Assembly: GCA_021155045.1 (NCBI GenBank)
Contig: JAJNQB010000006.1
Coordinates: forward strand, 126,832 to 190,831
Reading direction: 5' to 3'
Length of the DNA: 64,000 nt
DNA from: Arcticibacter sp.
Lineage (GTDB): Bacteria; Bacteroidota; Bacteroidia; 2-12-FULL-35-15
Shown: in pieces, positions 59,215-64,000 of the stretch
Layout: the number at the start of each line of letters is the position of its first letter
Position numbering within the stretch: the stretch's first letter is position 1
Made by a program: the position numbers and the translations under genes
Notes under the pieces: model-generated
What the model was told of the DNA's origin: nothing
Database searches by the model: none
What the model saw: only the letters and a program-made list of their open reading frames with translations

Positions 59215-59961
59215 ATGCTTAAAATTTCTATAATCACGGTATCTTATAATAGTTCCAAAACTATTGAAAAAACAATTGATTCGGTTGTTTCTCAAAATTA
59301 TTCGAATATAGAGTATATTGTTATTGATGGAAAATCTACGGATAATACATTAGAGCTTATTAATAAATATCAATCAAAAATTTCGAAAATAATTTCTGAA
59401 AAAGATGCTGGTATTTATGATGCTTTAAATAAAGGAATTAAACTAGCTACTGGAAACATTGTTGGAATTATTCACGCAGATGATTTTTATACTTCAGATA
59501 CTATTATTTCCGAAGTAATTGAATTGTTCCAAAATAAAAAAACAGATTGTGTTTATGGCGATTTGCAGTATGTTGATAGAAACAACACAGATATTGTTAA
59601 GCGTAATTGGATTTCTGGAGAATATAAAAAAGAAAAATTTTTGAAAGGATGGATGCCTCCACACCCTGCTTTTTTTGTGCGAAAAGAATGTTATGAAAAA
59701 TATGGTATGTTTAATACTGAATTTAAGTCAGCAGCTGACTATGAATTAATGCTTCGTTTTTTGTATAAGCATAATTGTACTGTTGCTTACTTGCCGAAAC
59801 TTATAGTGAAAATGAGAGTAGGAGGAAAGAGTAATATTTCGCTTACAAACAGAATAAAAGCAAACAGAGAAGATAAAAAGGCTTGGGAAATAAATGGGTT
59901 AAAACCAGCTTTATTTACATTTATTCAAAAACCTCTTTCAAAATTAGGTCAGTTTTTTTAA
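59215..59961 (+). CDS. GT2 family glycosyltransferase
   Basis: 'ISIITVSYNSSKTIEKTIDSVVSQNYSNIEYIVIDGKSTDNT' and 'HADDFY'. Confidence 0.85.
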   Translation: MLKISIITVSYNSSKTIEKTIDSVVSQNYSNIEYIVIDGKSTDNTLELINKYQSKISKIISEKDAGIYDALNKGIKLATGNIVGIIHADDFYTSDTIISEVIELFQNKKTDCVYGDLQYVDRNNTDIVKRNWISGEYKKEKFLKGWMPPHPAFFVRKECYEKYGMFNTEFKSAADYELMLRFLYKHNCTVAYLPKLIVKMRVGGKSNISLTNRIKANREDKKAWEINGLKPALFTFIQKPLSKLGQFF

Positions 59962-59965
59962 ATCA

Positions 59966-60397
59966 CTAAATCTCTTTTATAAAATGATATCCTCTTTTTC
60001 TAAAACCTTCTCGTTCGTAAAATGCATGAGCTTTTTCATTTTCGAGATAAGCATCTAACATTAGTCTTTTACAATTATTTTCTATTGCTTTTTTTTCGCA
60101 CCAATCGCATAGTATTTTTCCAACGCCTTTTGAACGATATTGTGGATGAACTATAACATTATCCATTTCTAAATATTTATTGGAATATAATTTTGTATTT
60201 ATCCAAAAACCTGAAATTGCAATACATTTTTCGTTTTCAAAAACGGCAACTTGACCATAACCGTTTTGTAACATTTCATTTAGCATTTTTGAATATTCTA
60301 ATTCCGACAAATTGGGTACAAGTTCATGAATGATAGAAATTTGTTCTGTCATTTCATTTACATTTAAAAGTTCTTTTATTATAAAATTATTAGGCAT
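59966..60397 (-). CDS. GNAT family N-acetyltransferase
   Basis: 'VIVHPQYRSKGVGKILCDWCEK' is the acetyl-CoA binding motif A. Confidence 0.8.
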   Translation of the reverse strand: MPNNFIIKELLNVNEMTEQISIIHELVPNLSELEYSKMLNEMLQNGYGQVAVFENEKCIAISGFWINTKLYSNKYLEMDNVIVHPQYRSKGVGKILCDWCEKKAIENNCKRLMLDAYLENEKAHAFYEREGFRKRGYHFIKEI

Positions 60398-60475
60398 TGT
60401 TTGTTTTGTCTGCTTTTGGGGGCATTGGAAATGTGTTATTAGTAGGTGTTTTTGAATAACAATAAGGTCATTATT

Positions 60476-63400
60476 TTATTTTCGAATGTTAGATCTTTCT
60501 TTTCCTAAAGATACAGAGTACCCTTTTTCAGTGCTTGTTAGTTTAAGATTTATATATCGAATTTTTTTCTGATTATTTTTATATTGTATTTCATCTTCGT
60601 CTTCTCTTCCTGAAATATTGTCATCGTTGTTTGTTATATTTAATTTTTGTTTTGCGATTTGAGTAACCAATTTGCAAGGTATTTTTAAATAATATTCCAT
60701 ATTCATGCTCATATCTTGTTTTCCTGAAATTTCAAGAAAACCAAGTGATGAATTAATGACCATATTAGGAACTGTTATTATTCCATTTTTTAAACTAAAA
60801 TTATTGCTTAATGTGTCAAACAAGACATTATTAAGATTTTTATCTTTAAAATAATCGGTTAATGCGTCTAATGGTTTGTAGTGTTTTAGTTTCCCGTTTA
60901 CAATTTGTACACTCATATTTATTTCAGAATCATCAATTTTAATAACTAAATCAGGGTGGACGTGTATTTTTCCTGTTAATTGACCAGATAATTTTCCATT
61001 TAAGTTGTCGGAAAGAACTTCATCCTGTCCAAAGTTGTCAAATTTGAACATAAGTTTTTCCAAATCAATATTATTAAATATAATTTTGGGGTTTAAGTAA
61101 ATTTTATTTTTATCAGAACCATTAAAATAACCATTCATATTAACTGTTCCATCTGCAATGCCCATATTTAATGTATCTACATATATATAATGATTCCTTT
61201 GAATTCTTAATTTGGAATAAAAATTTTTAATTAAATATTTATGATAATTTAAATATTTAATATCAAATGAAATTGACATATCTGTAAAAGGTAAATCGTA
61301 AATATTAAAAATAGCTTCATGATCTACTGTTTTTTCTTTATTTGAAACAGGAGGAGGATTGTATTTAAATAACTCATCAAAATCAATATGCGAAGATTTT
61401 AAATATAGATAATTATCCTTTTTTTTGAGATCTGGTTTTGATCCAGTATAATACTGTAGGTTTGCAAGTATATTTGAATTGCCAAGTTTCCCATAAAAAT
61501 TTTCGAATAATAGATGTTCATTTTGATAGTGGATTCGACCTTTTAGTTCTTCAATTTTTAGTGGGTGAATTTTCATGTTTGCCGAAAATTTTTGAAGAAC
61601 CACATCAATAAAATACAAGCTGTCGTTAAAATTCAAATCAGCAATTGCCGACAAGTTGAGGTTTTTAAATATTTCATGTCGATAATCTTCGGGAACGTAA
61701 TTTTCGCCTTTATATGCAAAAAGATCTTCTAGTTTTAACATTTTTGAATTAATACTAAATTCAATTTTGGTATCGCCTTTTGGTTTATCTTCAAACCAAA
61801 TATTATAGTTTTTTAATTTACCATTAAAATGAAAATCGCTTTTGTCAATTATGCCATTAAAATCAATTATTCTAAAATCTTGCTCTTCAATTAAAACATC
61901 TGCGTGAAAATCATGAAGTTTGTGTGGATAATGATTGAATTTTGTGTTTAAATTGTCAATAAAAAATTCTCCAATTGGAAGAGTTTTTGAATTAGAAAAA
62001 GTATTTGCCTTACTTATAAATGAAAAAGACAAACTAGTTTTTTCTAATTGTTCATCAATAGGTTTAGAGTTAGTTTTCTTTGTATTAGTTAATTCAAATA
62101 AATCTATAAAATTTGATTTAATTAAAAGATTGGATTTAACTATATTGTTGTTATGATGAAGTATAGCAGGTAAGTCGCTAACTTCGCCAGATATTGAAAT
62201 GTCTGATTTTCCTATTTTGGCATTAAAATAATCCACTTTTGCTTTGTGCCCATCCACAGTTATTTTTACGTCAATATCATGAATTGGCAAATGAAAATCA
62301 GGACTTTCAAAACTAAGATTTTCAACTAGGAGTTCGGTGAAATAAGATTCATTAAATTTTTCAATAGCTTTCTCCGGCATATTTAAGTCAATAATGTCAT
62401 GAAAGTTCATTGTTAAATTTACATTACCTTTTAAGTTTTTTAGGTCTTTGAGATTCAAGAAATTGGATAGAAAATCTAAATCGAATTCAGATTTTATTTT
62501 TGTTTGAATATCTGGTGATTCAAAATTTTTGACTTTTAAAAAGCCAGTAAAGGTACCAGCTTCTGGCCTTGCTGAAAAATCAATAAGAGAAAATTCCATA
62601 GTAGATAGTTTTCTCTCAGAACCATTTGTAAAATGACCTTTAAAATACAGTTGATCAAGTTTTTTTTGAGAATTGGTATTTTTAAAAAATGCATTTTCAC
62701 AACCAAAGTTTACATTTATATAAGGCTGGTTTCCATTTGCAATTTTTCCCTTGAGTAAAGCTTCAAAATAAACTTTTCCACTTTGATCATATTTTTCTAG
62801 TGCAGGAACAATTTCTTCAGGAGCAAAAGCTATAAATAGGTCAAAGTTGGGTTTGTTTCCTTGTATTTTAATATTCAGATTCATACTATCTTTTATGTCA
62901 ATGTTGCCTTCAAATCCAAATATGGCTTTTTCCATATTTAGTTCGGAAGTCTCTATTGTTAATAGTTCGTTTTCTTTGTCAAAAATAATTGAGGATTTTA
63001 GTTTAACATGTTTATGCTTAAAAAAAGTGGTATCATTATTTTTTAATACATTTAATAACAAGCTGCTTTCTAGGCTTATCGAAAGATTCGAGTTCGATGT
63101 TTTAAATTTCGATTCTGTATTATATATAAAAGCTTCAACCAGAATTTTGTTTTCTTCGTTTAATTTGGTGAAATCAATGTCGTTTAATAAAATTGATTTA
63201 ATATCAAGATGAAATTCTTTATCAACGTTTTCAATTTTATTTTCTGTTGTAAAAGCTTTGGTTATATTAAATTCACCGTTTTTATCTTGAACAATATCAA
63301 TATTTCCTTTACTTAATTTGATGAGTTTTATTTCAAATTCTTGACTTAACAAACTTGAAATTTCAAACCCTAAATAGACATCCTTTATTCTTAATAATGG

Positions 63401-63661
63401 TGGTGTTTTTTTTAATTTGTTCTCATAAAGTTTAACATCTTCAAGATCTATCGATATGTATGGGAAATTTTCAAATGGAGAAATATGGCTATCATTAATT
63501 TGTATTTCTCCCTTGAAATCTTTATTAACAGTATTTAATAGTTGTTGCACAATTGCATCTTGCTGCCAATAGACAATAATAATTAGAAGAGATATGAAAA
63601 GAATTGGAATAAAGAGTATTCCCCAAATTATTCGTTTCCATATCTTTTTATTCTTAAACAT
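60476..63661 (-). CDS. large AsmA-family-like membrane-anchored protein (1061 aa)
   Basis: Single N-terminal TM anchor (IIWGILFIPILFISLLIIIVYW) followed by a long beta-rich, Asn/Lys-rich region typical of AsmA/TamB-like proteins. The assignment is tentative. Confidence 0.45.
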   Translation of the reverse strand: MFKNKKIWKRIIWGILFIPILFISLLIIIVYWQQDAIVQQLLNTVNKDFKGEIQINDSHISPFENFPYISIDLEDVKLYENKLKKTPPLLRIKDVYLGFEISSLLSQEFEIKLIKLSKGNIDIVQDKNGEFNITKAFTTENKIENVDKEFHLDIKSILLNDIDFTKLNEENKILVEAFIYNTESKFKTSNSNLSISLESSLLLNVLKNNDTTFFKHKHVKLKSSIIFDKENELLTIETSELNMEKAIFGFEGNIDIKDSMNLNIKIQGNKPNFDLFIAFAPEEIVPALEKYDQSGKVYFEALLKGKIANGNQPYINVNFGCENAFFKNTNSQKKLDQLYFKGHFTNGSERKLSTMEFSLIDFSARPEAGTFTGFLKVKNFESPDIQTKIKSEFDLDFLSNFLNLKDLKNLKGNVNLTMNFHDIIDLNMPEKAIEKFNESYFTELLVENLSFESPDFHLPIHDIDVKITVDGHKAKVDYFNAKIGKSDISISGEVSDLPAILHHNNNIVKSNLLIKSNFIDLFELTNTKKTNSKPIDEQLEKTSLSFSFISKANTFSNSKTLPIGEFFIDNLNTKFNHYPHKLHDFHADVLIEEQDFRIIDFNGIIDKSDFHFNGKLKNYNIWFEDKPKGDTKIEFSINSKMLKLEDLFAYKGENYVPEDYRHEIFKNLNLSAIADLNFNDSLYFIDVVLQKFSANMKIHPLKIEELKGRIHYQNEHLLFENFYGKLGNSNILANLQYYTGSKPDLKKKDNYLYLKSSHIDFDELFKYNPPPVSNKEKTVDHEAIFNIYDLPFTDMSISFDIKYLNYHKYLIKNFYSKLRIQRNHYIYVDTLNMGIADGTVNMNGYFNGSDKNKIYLNPKIIFNNIDLEKLMFKFDNFGQDEVLSDNLNGKLSGQLTGKIHVHPDLVIKIDDSEINMSVQIVNGKLKHYKPLDALTDYFKDKNLNNVLFDTLSNNFSLKNGIITVPNMVINSSLGFLEISGKQDMSMNMEYYLKIPCKLVTQIAKQKLNITNNDDNISGREDEDEIQYKNNQKKIRYINLKLTSTEKGYSVSLGKERSNIRK

Positions 63662-63680
63662 GCATTATTGTTATAAATAG

Positions 63681-63917
63681 TTATTGTGTTTTTTTTGGCA
63701 TTGGACCACGTTTATAGATAATCAATCCGTTTAAAAAATTACGTAGCAATTGGTCGCCACACTCTTTATAATTTCTATGGTCTGGAGTGCGATACAATGC
63801 GTTGATTTCACTTTTTGTAATATCAAAATCTACTAGCTTTAAAATTTTGATAATATCATCATCTCTTAATTCAAGCGCTACTCGAAGTTTTTTTAATATA
63901 TCGTTGTTGGATAACAT
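63681..63917 (-). CDS. DUF1456-family small protein
   Basis: 78 aa. 'NDILKKLRVALELRDDDIIKIL…ITKSEINA' resembles the YehS/DUF1456 repeat. Confidence 0.45.
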   Translation of the reverse strand: MLSNNDILKKLRVALELRDDDIIKILKLVDFDITKSEINALYRTPDHRNYKECGDQLLRNFLNGLIIYKRGPMPKKTQ

Positions 63918-64000
63918 GATTTTGAATGTTTAAGTTAAGAGTGAAAATTAATAGAATAATTTTAGTTTAATAAAAAATCACTCCACTAATGCTGATTAAA

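Noticed and set aside
1-64000. CRISPR arrays, rRNA/tRNA genes, transposases/integrases
   Set aside because: There are no regularly spaced direct repeats with unique spacers, no tRNA-like or rRNA-like conserved segments, and no transposase or recombinase signatures. The region appears to be chromosomal backbone rather than a mobile island.

Overview
This is an AT-rich (about 30% GC) chromosomal segment that looks Bacteroidetes, most likely Flavobacteriia- or Sphingobacteriia-like. Every large secreted protein here ends in a type-A T9SS C-terminal sorting domain, and the gene content is typical of Bacteroidetes. The first ~11 kb is housekeeping: a DjlA-like J-domain protein, an M43 zinc metalloprotease with a T9SS C-terminal domain, dapA, an M15 dipeptidase, an amidinotransferase-superfamily enzyme, a phosphohexomutase, mltG and glyA. 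Positions 11.7-21.5 kb hold the feature I find most interesting. A short exosortase-family gene (XrtF-like, with the C-N-G and N-x-x-R-I motifs) sits between two convergent paralogous T9SS cargo/adhesin genes of 2123 aa and 802 aa. A 74-aa signal-peptide protein lies immediately upstream of the exosortase in the same transcription unit; its C-terminus has the tripartite architecture of a PEP-CTERM-type sorting signal. From 21.7 to 60 kb there is a ~38 kb surface-polysaccharide locus, almost entirely co-directional. It carries a Wzc-like BY-kinase with a (YG)n tail and no adjacent Wza, a Wzm/Wzt ABC exporter, a Wzy/O-antigen-ligase-like protein and about 12 glycosyltransferases, including a GT11 alpha-1,2-fucosyltransferase. 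It also carries 4 methyltransferases, 2 hexapeptide acetyltransferases, 2 acyltransferase-3 proteins, a carbamoyltransferase and an AsnB-type amidotransferase. Inside this locus is a DUF4956-VTC-CotH kinase trio, followed by a second membrane-anchored CotH kinase fused to a beta-helix domain and a metallophosphoesterase. The asnB gene is split by a perfect (TCTCACA)x4 heptanucleotide tract, which is a candidate phase-variation switch. Several glycosyltransferase genes carry A11-A13 homopolymer tracts. No rRNA, tRNA or CRISPR array was recognised.
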